A DNA stretch of 64,000 bases, from positions 62,001-126,000 of the forward strand of contig JAUCBJ010006781.1 of assembly GCA_032718475.1 (NCBI GenBank). The letters run 5' to 3'. Made by a program: the position numbers and the translations under genes. Below the pieces are notes generated by a model that saw only the letters and a program-made list of their open reading frames with translations, was not told the DNA's origin and made no database searches. This document shows positions 50,501-62,615 of the stretch, piece after piece; position 1 is the first letter of the stretch; the number at the start of each line of letters is the position of its first letter. The stretch comes from Nemertoderma westbladi (taxonomy: Eukaryota > Animalia > Xenacoelomorpha).

Positions 50501-51215
50501 GGTTCCGTGGGTTTATCTTCTCCGAATCGTCTCCACGGTGTTCGGCAGAATCAGCCCGGTCCAGTGGATTTACCTTCTCCGAAATGTCACCGTGGTGTTC
50601 GGCGTGATTGATCCGATCCTGTGGGTTTATCTTTTCAAGATCGTCGCTGCGGTGTTTGGCGGAATTGACCTGGTTCCATGGGTTGATCTTCTCTGAATCA
50701 TTGCCATCGTGTTCGGGGGAAATGGCACGGTTCCGTGGGTTTGTCTTCTCAGAAAGTTCTCCACGGTGATCGGTGGAATCGGCACAAATCTGTTGGTTTA
50801 TCTTCGCCAAATCGTCACCGCAGTGTTCGGCTGAAACAGCCTGCTCTCGTGGGTTTATCTTCTCCAAATCGCCAATGCGTCGTTGTTCGGCAGAAACGTC
50901 CCAGTCCTGTGAGTTTATCTTCTCTGAATCGCCGCTACGGTGTTCGGCAGAATCGGCCCTGTCCCGTGGGTTTATCCTCTCTGAATCGTCACCACGGTGT
51001 TCAGTGGAAACGGCCCGGTTTTGTGGGTTTATCTTCTTTGTGTTGGTGCCTGGTGGTGGTGTTCTCGGTATCTCCCATTTAACCACCAGAGGCGATTTCA
51101 TCGTGTGGCTTAATGTAGTAATGCCGTAATGTCGTAAGTAGTTATATTTAAACAGGATCGTTACAGCGCATCAATTAGTAGATATTTTTTTTTTTTTTAA
51201 TTACGGGCTAGTGTT
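47541..51215 (-). mobile_element. ~3.7 kb insertion with a 35 nt poly(A) tail (minus strand) in the UCP intron
   Basis: T35 at 47541-47575. The flanks rejoin into one degenerate 29-mer (TAATGGTA|TAAGACTGGAAATAAAGT), with GTA(T) present on both sides. Confidence 0.75.
48402..51101 (-). CDS. 899 aa ORF: N-terminal ~20 aa repeats, Ulp1/C48-like cysteine protease domain, coiled coil, basic tract
   Basis: CINDALVN (cf. WLNDEVIN), GHFVLHV and PKQTNNVDCGIFVC; about 10 EHRGDDSEKINPRN-like repeats; KKSKKKKSKRYKKK. Confidence 0.8.
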   Translation of the reverse strand: MKSPLVVKWEIPRTPPPGTNTKKINPQNRAVSTEHRGDDSERINPRDRADSAEHRSGDSEKINSQDWDVSAEQRRIGDLEKINPREQAVSAEHCGDDLAKINQQICADSTDHRGELSEKTNPRNRAISPEHDGNDSEKINPWNQVNSAKHRSDDLEKINPQDRINHAEHHGDISEKVNPLDRADSAEHRGDDSEKINPRNLAESAEHRGDVSEKIKPRNRDDLLSDDDHNPIELLYETYHPPIDNSDEDQKRVKIKRFLASEKYLTLLNTKCKPTNMENILTKLTKDDMILLSPGTCINDALVNSVLYLLEESTNFRVGILPTEFSTKLSTPLSDMFSLVKFASSRYKRPDIEILLIPECRQYSNTPIGHFVLHVAIPKDKEIYTLCPMGNPYYTNTTKALCNVLNTIDNLTPSTKTLPSSLNFDQWRPIQAPNMSQFPKQTNNVDCGIFVCVYSYMLAFPKENNVFAKKMTNNECAQGRVWMATSIERKSVMKPNAPQDERFLNTGPNFGIKTGKQQKTKSAENTTGRVPTNKSQGHHAPHTRSQNESTQNEIHNAGFQGSHTKLRKANTALDVLKILIDSNILRNPKDILIRALLPIGLESLNNIQKMLFEHIKTNILGSTPSLNISAINRRSIDELAADVAEFALVAESSAITPIFKKRVHIGTLDTFSLFQLVDLVANLQVEVKTINSQLRVTQNKVDAMENGLDELQTQQPTSTCRFCCNSTNPMQGKDHNDSDSETTHSDNTQLRNEGITKETILNNNKNSNKKSKKKKSKRYKKKSRSSKFTFESDTDESTDYATIDACSMSPQSEIAEPLDAPPHELLSWQEGLPTLTSIATSQYCVKKVLKGAKVRTKAGNIPLTFKEKFHSSYFRSILNNCNNDHTSKHTTILSFFGLD

Positions 51216-51470
51216 GTATAAGACTGGAAATAAAGTAACCAATAGCAAAAAACTGAAAATAAATTAAGAGTAATGTATCGGTCAGACTAAGCGATCGTTA
51301 TCGGGTTGATTAGAATTGCTTGAATCAATTAATGTGGTAATAAGTGATTAAATAATTTGCAACAGAAGGTGCGCTCAAGGTTCGTTCGTTTACTAACCTC
51401 TCTGAGTGCAAACTGAAACGATTCACTTTACTTACAAATATATAAAACCTATAAATATTATGTAACTGAC

Positions 51471-51753
51471 CCTTTGTAAAACGTAAGGAGGCCGTTTTCT
51501 TTAAACATTTTCACGGTGCAGTCTATCAAACCGCGATACTGCCCGGGGGACGAATTCATGTAACGAGTTTTAATAACATCAACGGGAGACGCGACGCAAG
51601 TAGTAAACAGCCCTGCTGAGAAAGCCGAGACGAAATGGCAGGGAAAGTTATCCGACATGAGTTTCCGCTTCAGAATGGCCTCCTTTACGAGATCGTAACA
51701 CACCAATTCGCAGCAGTTAACAACAGCGTTACGGGCCATATTGGGTGTCGTAC
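51471..51753 (-). CDS. UCP2: UCP internal coding exon
   Basis: TTACAG|GT ACG ACA CCC gives [24 protein letters not shown]...[13 protein letters not shown]...FYKG; donor GTCAGT at 51470. Confidence 0.95.
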
Positions 51754-54700
51754 CTGTAATAATTACCAAAATAGTTACATGTATGTCGTACCTGTAATAA
51801 ATACCAAAATAGTTACCATGTGTGACGTACCTGTAATAAATACCAAAATAGTTACCCTGTGTGTCGTACCTGTAATAAATACCAAAATAATTACCATGTG
51901 TGTCGTACCTGTAATAATTACCAAAATAGTTACCATGTGTGTCGTACCTGTAATAATTACCAAAATAATTACCATGTGTGTCGTACCTGTAACAATTACC
52001 AAAATAGTTACCATGTGTGTCGTACCTGTAATAATTACCAAAATAGTTACATGTATGTCGTACCTGTAATAAATACCAAAATAGTTACCATGTGTGACGT
52101 ACCTGTAATAATTACCAAAATAGTTACCATGTGTGTCGTACCTGTAACAATTACCAAAATAATTACCATCTGTGTCGTACCTGTAACAATTATCAAAATA
52201 GTTACCATGTGTGACGTACCTGTAATAAATACCAAAATAGTTACCCTGTGTGTCGTACCTGTAATAATTACCAAAATAATTACCATGTGTGTCGTACCTG
52301 TAACAATTACCAAAATAGTTACCATGTGTGTCGTACCTGTAATAATTACCAAAATAGTTACATGTATGTCGTACCTGTAATAAATACCAAAATAGTTACC
52401 ATGTGTGTCGTACCTGTAATAATTACCAAAATAGTTACCATGTGTGTCGTACCTGTAATAATTACCAAAATAGTTACATGTATGTCGTACCTGTAATAAA
52501 TACCAAAATAGTTACCATGTGTGTCGTACCTGTAATAATTACCAAAATAGTTACCATGTGTGTCGTACCTGTAACAATTACCAAAATAGTTACCATGTGT
52601 GTCGTACCTGTAACAATTACCAAAATAATTACCATCTGTGTCGTACCTGTAACAATTACCAAAATAGTTACCATGTGTGTCGTACCTGCAATAATTACCA
52701 AAATAGTTAACATGTGTGTCGTACCTGTAACAATTACCAAAATAGTTACATGTGTGTCGTACCTGTAATAATTACCAAAATAGTTACATGTGTGTCGTAC
52801 CTGTAATAATTACCAAAATAATTACCATGTGTGTCGTACCTGTAACAATTACCAAAATAGTTACCATGTGTGTCGTACCTGTAATAATTACCAAAATAAT
52901 TACCATGTGTGTCGTACCTGTAACAATTACCAAAATAGTTACATGTGTGTCGTACCTGTAATAATTACCAAAATAATTACCATGTGTGTCGTACCTGTAA
53001 CAATTACCAAAATAGTTACCATGTGTGTCGTACCTGTAACAATTACCAAAATAGTTACCATGTGTGTCGTACCTGTAATAATTACCAAAATAGTTAACAT
53101 GTGTGTCGTACCTGTAAAAATTACCAAAATAGTTACATGTGTGTCGTACCTGTAATAATTACCAAAATAGTTACCATGTGTGTCGTACCTGTAATAAATA
53201 CCAAAATAATTACCATGTGTGTCGTACCTGTAACAATTACCAAAATAGTTAGCATGTGTGTCGTACCTGTAATAATTACCAAAATAATTACCATCTGTGT
53301 CGTACCTGTAACAATTATCAAAATAGTTACCATGTGTGTCGTACCTGTAATAATTACCAAAATAGTTACCATGTGTGTTGTACCAGTAACAATTACCAAA
53401 ATAGTTACCATGTGTGTCGTACCTGTAACAATTACCAAAATAGTTACCCTGTGTGTCGTACCTGTAACAATTACCAAAATAGTTACCATGTGTGTCGTAC
53501 CTGTAATAAATACCAAAATAGTTACCATGTGTGACGTACCTGTAATAAATACCAAAATAATTACCATGTGTGTCGTACCTGTAACAATTACCAAAATAGT
53601 TACCATGTGTGTCGTACCTGTAATAATTACCAAAATAGTTACCATGTGTGTCGTACCTGTAACAATTACCAAAATAGTTACCATGTGTGTCGTACCTGTA
53701 ATAATTACCAAAATAGTTACCATGTGTGTCGTACCTGTAACAATTACCAAAATAGTTACCATGTGTGTCGTACCTTGTATTCTTGTATTCTTGTATATAT
53801 ATTTAGTGATTTAAAATTCACACGGTAGAACTCGTAGAGCACACCAAATTAAGTACATAAACCTAAAAACTGCAGTATATCAAATAATTAAGTACGGGCC
53901 TACAGTTGTAAAAATTACGCAAATAAGGCACAAAATGCACATAACTAATAATAAGAAAAAAAACATTACAGTAAAAATATACATTGTATACAAATTGTGC
54001 AAAAACTGGCTAATTCTTCTGTTTAAATGGACAATGCAATGAAAGAAATGTAGTCCATTTAATTTATTTTAATACTTGTACCTTAGTTAGGGAGTTTGAC
54101 TGGATAGGTCTCGAGTCAGTGTATCCAGGCGAGCCGGGACAATCTGGGACGGTGAAAAGATATGCATCAAGATGCTTTTTAAAAGTCTCCAGTGCGCAGC
54201 ATGTCAAGTCTCTTATATGTTTTGGGATGGTGTTAAATAATTTAGGTCCAATAACACAAAAACTGTTGTCTATAAGAGAGGAGACGCGACATGTAGCCTT
54301 ACTTGCAAGGGACGGTATGGTACAAAGTCGACCTCTGCGGATGTTTTTTGTAGATTTAATTTTATAGGTTAAATCTGAAATATTTGGAACTCTATTTTCG
54401 ATAATTTTCCATGTATATATTATTATATACCTTTCTCTCCTCCGCTGTACCTGTAACAATTACCAAAATAGTTACCATGTGTGTCGTACCTGTAATAAAT
54501 ACCAAAATAATTACCATGTGTGTCGTACCTGTAACAATTATCAAAATAGTTACCATGTGTGTCGTACCTGTAACAATTACCAAAATAGTTACCATGTGTG
54601 TCGTACCTGTAATAAATACCAAAATAGTTACCATGTGTGTCGTACCTGTAATAAATACCAAAATAATTACCATGTGTGTCGTACCTGTAACAATTACCAA

Positions 54701-57700
54701 AATAGTTACCATGTGTGTCGTACCTGTAATAATTACCAAAATAATTACCATGTGTGTCGTACCTGTAACAATTACCAAAATAGTTACCATGTGTGTCGTA
54801 CCTGTAATAAATACCAAAATAGTTACCATGTGTGACGTACCTGTAATAAATACCAAAATAATTACCATGTGTGTCGTACCTGTAACAATTACCAAAATAG
54901 TTATCATGTGTGTCGTACCTGTAATAATTACCAAAATAGTTACCATGTGTGTCGAACCTGTAACAATTACCAAAATAGTTACCATGTGTGTCGTACCTGT
55001 AATAATTACCAAAATAGTTACCATGTGTGTCGTACCTGTAATAATTACCAAAATAGTTACCATGTGTGTCGTACCTGTAACAATTACCAAAATAGTTACC
55101 ATGTGTGTCGTACCTGTAACAATTACCAAAATAGTTACCATGTGTGTCGTACCTGTAATAATTACCAAAATAGTTACCATGTGTGTCGTACCTGTAACAA
55201 TTACCAAAATAGTTACCATGTGTGTCGTACCTGTAATAATTACCAAAATAGTTACCATGTGTGTCGTACCTGTAATAATTACCAAAATAGTTACCATGTG
55301 TGTCGTACCTGTAATAATTACCAAAATAGTTACCATGTGTGTCGTACCTGTAATAAATACCAAAATAATTACCATGTGTGTCGTACCTGTAACAATTACC
55401 AAAATAGTTATCATGTGTGTCGTACCTGTAATAATTACCAAAATAGTTACCATGTGTGTCGAACCTGTAACAATTACCAAAATAGTTACCATGTGTGTCG
55501 TACCTGTAATAATTACCAAAATAGTTACCATGTGTGTCGTACCTGTAATAATTACCAAAATAGTTACCATGTGTGTCGTACCTGTAACAATTACCAAAAT
55601 AGTTACCATGTGTGTCGTACCTGTAATAATTACCAAAATAGTTACCATGTGTGTCGTACCTGTAATAAATACCAAAATAATTACCATGTGTGTCGTACCT
55701 GTAACAATTACCAAAATAGTTACCATGTGTGTCGTACCTGTAATAATTACCAAAATAATTACCATGTGTGTCGTACCTGTAACAATTACCAAAATAGTTA
55801 CCATGTGTGTCGTACCTGTAATAATTACCAAAATAGTTACCATGTGTGTCGTACCTGTAACAATTACCAAAATAGTTACCATGTGTGTCGTACCTGTAAT
55901 AATTACCAAAATAGTTACCATGTGTGTCGTACCTGTAATAATTACCAAAATAGTTACCATGTGTGTCGTACCTGTAACAATTACCAAAATAGTTACCATG
56001 TGTGTCGTACCTGTAATAATTACCAAAATAGTTACCATGTGTGTCGTACCTGTAATAATTACCAAAATAATTACCATGTGTGTCGTACCTGTAACAATTA
56101 CCAAAATAGTTACCATGTGTGTCGTACCTGTAATAATTACCAAAATAGTTACCATGTGTGTCGTACCTGTAACAATTACCAAAATAGTTACCATGTGTGT
56201 CGTACCTGTAATAATTACCAAAATAGTTACCATGTGTGTCGTACCTGTAATAAATACCAAAATAATTACCATGTGTGTCGTACCTGTAACAATTACCAAA
56301 ATAGTTACCATGTGTGTCGTACCTGTAATAATTACCAAAATAGTTACCATGTGTGTCGTACCTGTAATAAATACCAAAATAATTACCATGTGTGTCGTAC
56401 CTGTAACAATTACCAAAATAGTTACCATGTGTGTCGTACCTGTAATAATTACCAAAATAATTACCATGTGTGTCGTACCTGTAATAATTACCAAAATAGT
56501 TACCATGTGTGTCGTACCTGTAATAATTACCAAAATAGTTACCATGTGTGTCGTACCTGTAACAATTACCAAAATAGTTACCATGTGTGTCGTACCTGTA
56601 ATAATTACCAAAATAGTTACCATGTGTGTCGTACCTGTAATAAATACCAAAATAATTACCATGTGTGTCGTACCTGTAACAATTACCAAAATAGTTACCA
56701 TGTGTGTCGTACCTGTAATAATTACCAAAATAATTACCATGTGTGTCGTACCTGTAACAATTACCAAAATAGTTACCATGTGTGTCGTACCTGTAACAAT
56801 TACCAAAATAGTTACCATGTGTGTCGTACCTGTAATAATTACCAAAATAGTTACCATGTGTGTCGTACCTGTAACAATTACCAAAATAGTTACCATGTGT
56901 GTCGTACCTGTAACAATTACCAAAATAGTTACCATGTGTGTCGTACCTGTAATAATTACCAAAATAGTTACCATGTGTGTCGTACCTGTAATAAATACCA
57001 AAATAATTACCATGTGTGTCGTACCTGTAACAATTACCAAAATAGTTACCATGTGTGTCGTACCTGTAATAATTACCAAAATAATTACCATGTGTGTCGT
57101 ACCTGTAACAATTACCAAAATAGTTACCATGTGTGTCGTACCTGTAATAATTACCAAAATAGTTACCATGTGTGTTGTACCAGTAACAATTACCAAAATA
57201 GTTACCATGTGTGTCGTACCTGTAACAATTACCAAAATAGTTACCCTGTGTGTCGTACCTGTAATAATTACCAAAATAATTACCATGTGTGTTGTACCAG
57301 TAACAATTACCAAAATAGTTACCATGTGTGACGTACCTGTAATAATTACCAAAATAGTTACATGTATGTCGTACCTGTAATAAATACCAAAATAGTTACA
57401 TGTGTGTCGTACCTGTAATAATTACCAAAATAATTACCATGTGTGTCGTACCTGTAACAATTACCAAAATAGTTACCATGTGTGTCGTACCTGTAACAAT
57501 TACCAAAATAGTTACCATGTGTGTCGTACCTGTAATAATTACCAAAATAGTTAACATGTGTGTCGTACCTGTAACAATTACCAAAATAGTTACCATGTGT
57601 GTCGTACCTGTAACAATTACCAAAATAGTTACCATGTGTGTCGTACCTGTAACAATTACCAAAATAGTTACCATGTGTGTCGTACCTGTAACAATTACCA

Positions 57701-60044
57701 AAATAGTTACCATGTGTGTCGTACCTGTAACAATTACCAAAATAATTACCATGTGTGTCGTACCTGTAACAATTACCAAAATAGTTACCATGTGTGTCGT
57801 ACCTGTAACAATTACCAAAATAGTTACCATGTGTGTCGTACCTGTAATAATTACCAAAATAGTTACCATGTGTGTTGTACCAGTAACAATTACCAAAATA
57901 GTTACCATGTGTGTCGTACCTGTAACAATTACCAAAATAGTTACCCTGTGTGTCGTACCTGTAATAATTACCAAAATAGTTACATGTATGTCGTACCTGT
58001 AATAATTACCAAAATAGTTACCATGTGTGTTGTACCAGTAACAATTACCAAAATAGTTACCATGTGTGTCGTACCTGTAATAATTACCAAAATAGTTACC
58101 ATGTGTGTTGTACCAGTAACAATTACCAAAATAGTTACATGTGTGACGTACCTGTAACAATTACCAAAATAGTTACCCTGTGTGTCGTACCTGTAATAAT
58201 TACCAAAATAATTACCATCTGTGTCGTACCTGTAACAATTACCAAAATAGTTACCATGTGTGTCGTACCTGTAATAATTACCAAAATAATTACCATGTGT
58301 GTCGTACCTGTAACAATTACCAAAATAGTTACCATGTGTGTCGTACCTGTAATAATTACCAAAATAGTTACCATGTGTGTTGTACCAGTAACAATTACCA
58401 AAATAGTTACCATGTGTGTCGTACCTGTAACAATTACCAAAATAATTACCATGTGTGTCGTACCTGTAACAATTACCAAAATAGTTACATGTGTGTCGTA
58501 CCTGTAATAATTACCAAAATAATTACCATGTGTGTCGTACCTGTAACAATTACCAAAATAGTTACCATGTGTGTCGTACCTGTAACAATTACCAAAATAG
58601 TTACCCTGTGTGTCGTACCTGTAATAATTACCAAAATAATTACCATGTGTGTCGTACCTGTAACAATTACCAAAATAATTACCATGTGTGTCGTACCTGT
58701 AACAATTACCAAAATAGTTACCATGTGTGTCGTACCTGTAACAATTACCAAAATAGTTACCCTGTGTGTCGTACCTGTAATAATTACCAAAATAATTACC
58801 ATGTGTGTCGTACCTGTAACAATTACCAAAATAATTACCATGTGTGTCGTACCTGTAACAATTACCAAAATAGTTACATGTGTGTCGTACCTGTAATAAT
58901 TACCAAAATAGTTACCATGTGTGTCGTACCTGTAATAATTACCAAAATAGTTACCATGTGTGTCGTACCTGTAATAATTACCAAAATAATTACCATGTGT
59001 GTCGTACCTGTAACAATTACCAAAATAGTTACCATGTGTGTCGTACCTGTAACAATTACCAAAATAGTTACCCTGTGTGTCGTACCTGTAATAATTACCA
59101 AAATAATTACCATGTGTGTCGTACCTGTAATAATTACCAAAATAGTTACCATGTGTGTCGTACCTGTAATAATTACCAAAATAGTTACCATGTGTGTCGT
59201 ACCTGTAATAATTACCAAAATAGTTACCATGTGTGTCGTACCTGTAATAATTACCAAAATAGTTACCATGTGTGTCGTACCTGTAATAATTACCAAAATA
59301 ATTACCATGTGTGTCGTACCTGTAATAATTACCAAAATAATTACCATGTGTGTCGTACCTGTAATAATTACCAAAATAGTTACCCTGTGTGTCGTACCTG
59401 TAATAATTACCAAAATAATTACCATGTGTGTCGTACCTGTAACAATTACCAAAATAATTACCATGTGTGTCGTACCTGTAACAATTACCAAAATAGTTAC
59501 CATGTGTGTCGTACCTGTAACAATTACCAAAATAGTTACCCTGTGTGTCGTACCTGTAATAATTACCAAAATAATTACCATGTGTGTCGTACCTGTAACA
59601 ATTACCAAAATAATTACCATGTGTGTCGTACCTGTAACAATTACCAAAATAGTTACATGTGTGTCGTACCTGTAACAATTACCAAAATAGTTACCCTGTG
59701 TGTCGTACCTGTAATAATTACCAAAATAATTACCATGTGTGTCGTACCTGTAATAATTACCAAAATAGTTACCATGTGTGTCGTACCTGTAATAATTACC
59801 AAAATAGTTACCATGTGTGTCGTACCTGTAATAATTACCAAAATAGTTACCATGTGTGTCGTACCTGTAATAATTACCAAAATAGTTACCATGTGTGTCG
59901 TACCTGTAATAATTACCAAAATAATTACCATGTGTGTCGTACCTGTAATAATTACCAAAATAATTACCATGTGTGTCGTACCTGTAATAATTACCAAAAT
60001 AGTTACCCTGTGTGTCGTACCTGTAATAATTACCAAAATAGTTA
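51745..60044 (-). repeat. 39 bp (some 38 bp) tandem repeat of the UCP 3' splice junction, ~195 copies
   Basis: Minus-strand unit GTACGACACACATGGTAACTATTTTGGTAATT(A/G)TTACAG. The last copy supplies the real acceptor at 51754. Confidence 0.97.
53776..54446 (-). mobile_element. 3' fragment of a CR1/L2-group LINE inserted in the 39 bp array
   Basis: QRRRERYIIIYTWKII...SFCVIGPKLFNTIPKHIR...FKKHLDAYL; 8 bp tail (AATACAAG)n; GTACCT on both sides (53770-53775 and 54447-54452). Confidence 0.85.
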
Positions 60045-60130
60045 ATATTCATATTGTGTGGCGGACTTTTTGTACATGTATCAAAATAATTACAGAATGT
60101 CGCCGGATTATATTCTGGAACTTTACTAAC

Positions 60131-60334
60131 CCTTCCACAAGCCTCTTCGTATACCTTCGTCTCGAGCTATTGAGGAATAGGCCTGCCAGGTTTTACGGTA
60201 CCGTCTAGGCTGTCCAGGCACAAAAGCCTGAAACCGAACTTTAACAACGTCAGTTGGCTGAGCGAATAGGACAGCTGAAGAGCCGGTAGTGACGCCGGCT
60301 AGAATGCGGATAAGTATGTCGACGTTCTTCAATT
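60131..60334 (-). CDS. UCP2: UCP internal coding exon
   Basis: TTCTAG|AA acceptor; [28 protein letters not shown]...RRY...GLWKG (carrier signature PxDVVKVR); donor GTTAGT at 60130. Confidence 0.95.
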
Positions 60335-61130
60335 CTAGAAAAAATTTTATGATAATAAAATCACTTTATGACATTGCAGTAAAAAAGTTACACTTTATAC
60401 AAAACTTTGGGAATTATATAATATTGTATCATGTAATGCATGCGTTAAGTCTTTAGATAATGATATTAGCTTCAATCTCAGTGTTACTTAATAATTATTA
60501 CATATAATAAACCATGTGAAATCTGTAGTTATGTATTAAATAGTTTATAAGATACTACGTGAAGATAATTAATTCAGTTAAAACTGAATTCGCCACCTAG
60601 TGAGCACATTAGGCATAAACTATCAATCATCACTATCAATAGATAGATATGCTTACAGTGTACACGAGATGGCGCACTTAAATGATATTTAAATATAAAA
60701 TGATGGTTCCATGACTTCTTGGTAATAGGTACTACAAACTGATTGGCTACTGCAAACTAGGTTCGTTTCAATACAAATTTGATTGGTTGAAATAAATTGC
60801 TGGTAAAAGTTTAGTTTTATCGATCATAATAATTATTACTTACGAAAAAAGCCCATATCATGGCCCATGTGAAGTCAAGTGAAGAAATCCTGGTATTCTT
60901 CACATGGGCGCATATCATAGCATGTTGTAATTTTTATCTTTAGATTTTTTAATTGTATGTATATTTAGTATCTGCATGTCTCTGCATGTCTCTTCATCTG
61001 TCCGTATATGCCCTGTCCAACGTTTAAACTCAAAAATATGTAGGTTATTTATAGTTATTGAATTAGGGTAATTAAATTAGTAATTTATAGAGTAAAAACA
61101 ATCACAATAATTCGATTACATCTGTATTAC

Positions 61131-61258
61131 CTTTATTATTATTCAATTGGGTTAACTTGGTTGTGTAGATTTCCTTAACTCGGTCATATAAACCAATTCG
61201 TATCGAGGCGAAACACATTTGTCGATGGAGCCCAGCTATTAAACCGTTATACATTCCT
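61131..61258 (-). CDS. UCP2: UCP internal coding exon (not in the ORF track); upstream exons probably lie beyond the window
   Basis: TTACAG|A GGA ATG translates [32 protein letters not shown]; donor G|GTAATA; phases match the next exon. Confidence 0.92.
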
Positions 61259-61734
61259 CTGTAACATATAAATCATTATGTGGCTTAGACTGCATCAATC
61301 AACACGGGAGATTCGAAACTATTTTAGGTGTCTAGCAGCGGAAGCTATCCACATTGACTAATATCTCAAGAAGATCCACCCTAATCTCTCAAGAAGATCC
61401 CCCAATTAACTTAAATTAGTCTTAAATAAAATTTGAACACAAGTAAGCTGAATCTTTGCAATTATCAGCTGATTAGCGCCAAAAATTAAACTGTAGCCTT
61501 GAAACATTTGTTATAGAATCTCGATTATTATTTTTGGTTTGAATAAATTTGCCACTGTGACCAGCTCCTTTCCCTTAATTGGTTAGGAACATGGTTAATT
61601 CGCCGAGATAGGATTTGAATCAATCTGAAATGCTCGAGGCCCCCCAGAGGGGCCATCCTAGAGGAGCCATTGCCCCTTCCTAGAGGAGGCCTGTGGGTGG
61701 TAATGGAGGACTGCTTTATTATATATTAAAGATA

Positions 61735-62285
61735 TCGGTAATGGTGAAAAATATCGAGACTTGAAAAATATCGAGAGTAAAAATATCGAGAGTAAAAATA
61801 TCGAGAGTAAAAATAACGCGAGATGAAAAATATCGAAAATAACGAGTGTTGAAAAATATCGAGTGTTGAAAAATATCGAGAGTAAAAATAACGAGTGTTG
61901 AAAAATATCGAGAGTAAAAATATTGCATTTTGCTTGAGCATTTTATTTAGAATTATGGGATAATATTGCAGTGCATGGGTTACAACAGTGAATGGCATTA
62001 ATACACCTTGGGTACCCATTCACCAGATTTATTATACTAGCTAGTTTTTGCTATTTTTATAATAAATATTATGGAAGAAGTTCTAGCATCAATTTTGATA
62101 AATATTTTTGTTCTAGAACATTTTTAGGAAAAAAAATTATTATACAATCCTTATTTTAAAAAATTGTTACTCTCGATATTTTTCAACTCTCGATAATTTT
62201 ACTCTCGATATTTTTACTCTCGATATTTTTACTCTCGATATTTTTACTCTCGATATTTTTACTCTCGATATTTTTACTCTCGAAA
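61735..62285. mobile_element. Foldback/MITE-like element with inverted arms built of 15 bp repeats
   Basis: (AAAAATATCGAGAGT)n at 61745-61925 and (ACTCTCGATATTTTT)n at 62168-62283. Confidence 0.75.
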
Positions 62286-62615
62286 TAACCAAGATATTTG
62301 GAGAAAATAAAAAAAATTATAAGAAAATATATTATATCTCTCCTTTCTTTATGGATTATCATATTTCATTCAGATAATGGCGTGATAATGAAAACCTAAT
62401 AATTCTTCAATTATTTACCCCGAGACAAAATCTCTCATCATTAATAAGTTCTACAGTAGATGGCGTGTCCCCTGATGTGTCCCCTTTAAATTGGTTTTGC
62501 GTGTTTGAGTATTTGGAGCTCATCCACCCGATTATTCTGGACATGTACTGGACAAAGATAGTCAGTCCCTCAAGAAATTAAATCAAATAAGTTGGTCTCA
62601 GCCCGAAAGAAGTCG

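Noticed and set aside
51635-60208. ~1000 aa ORFs ([38 protein letters not shown])
   Set aside because: Artefacts of the 39 bp unit being a multiple of 3; not Cys-rich or membrane proteins.
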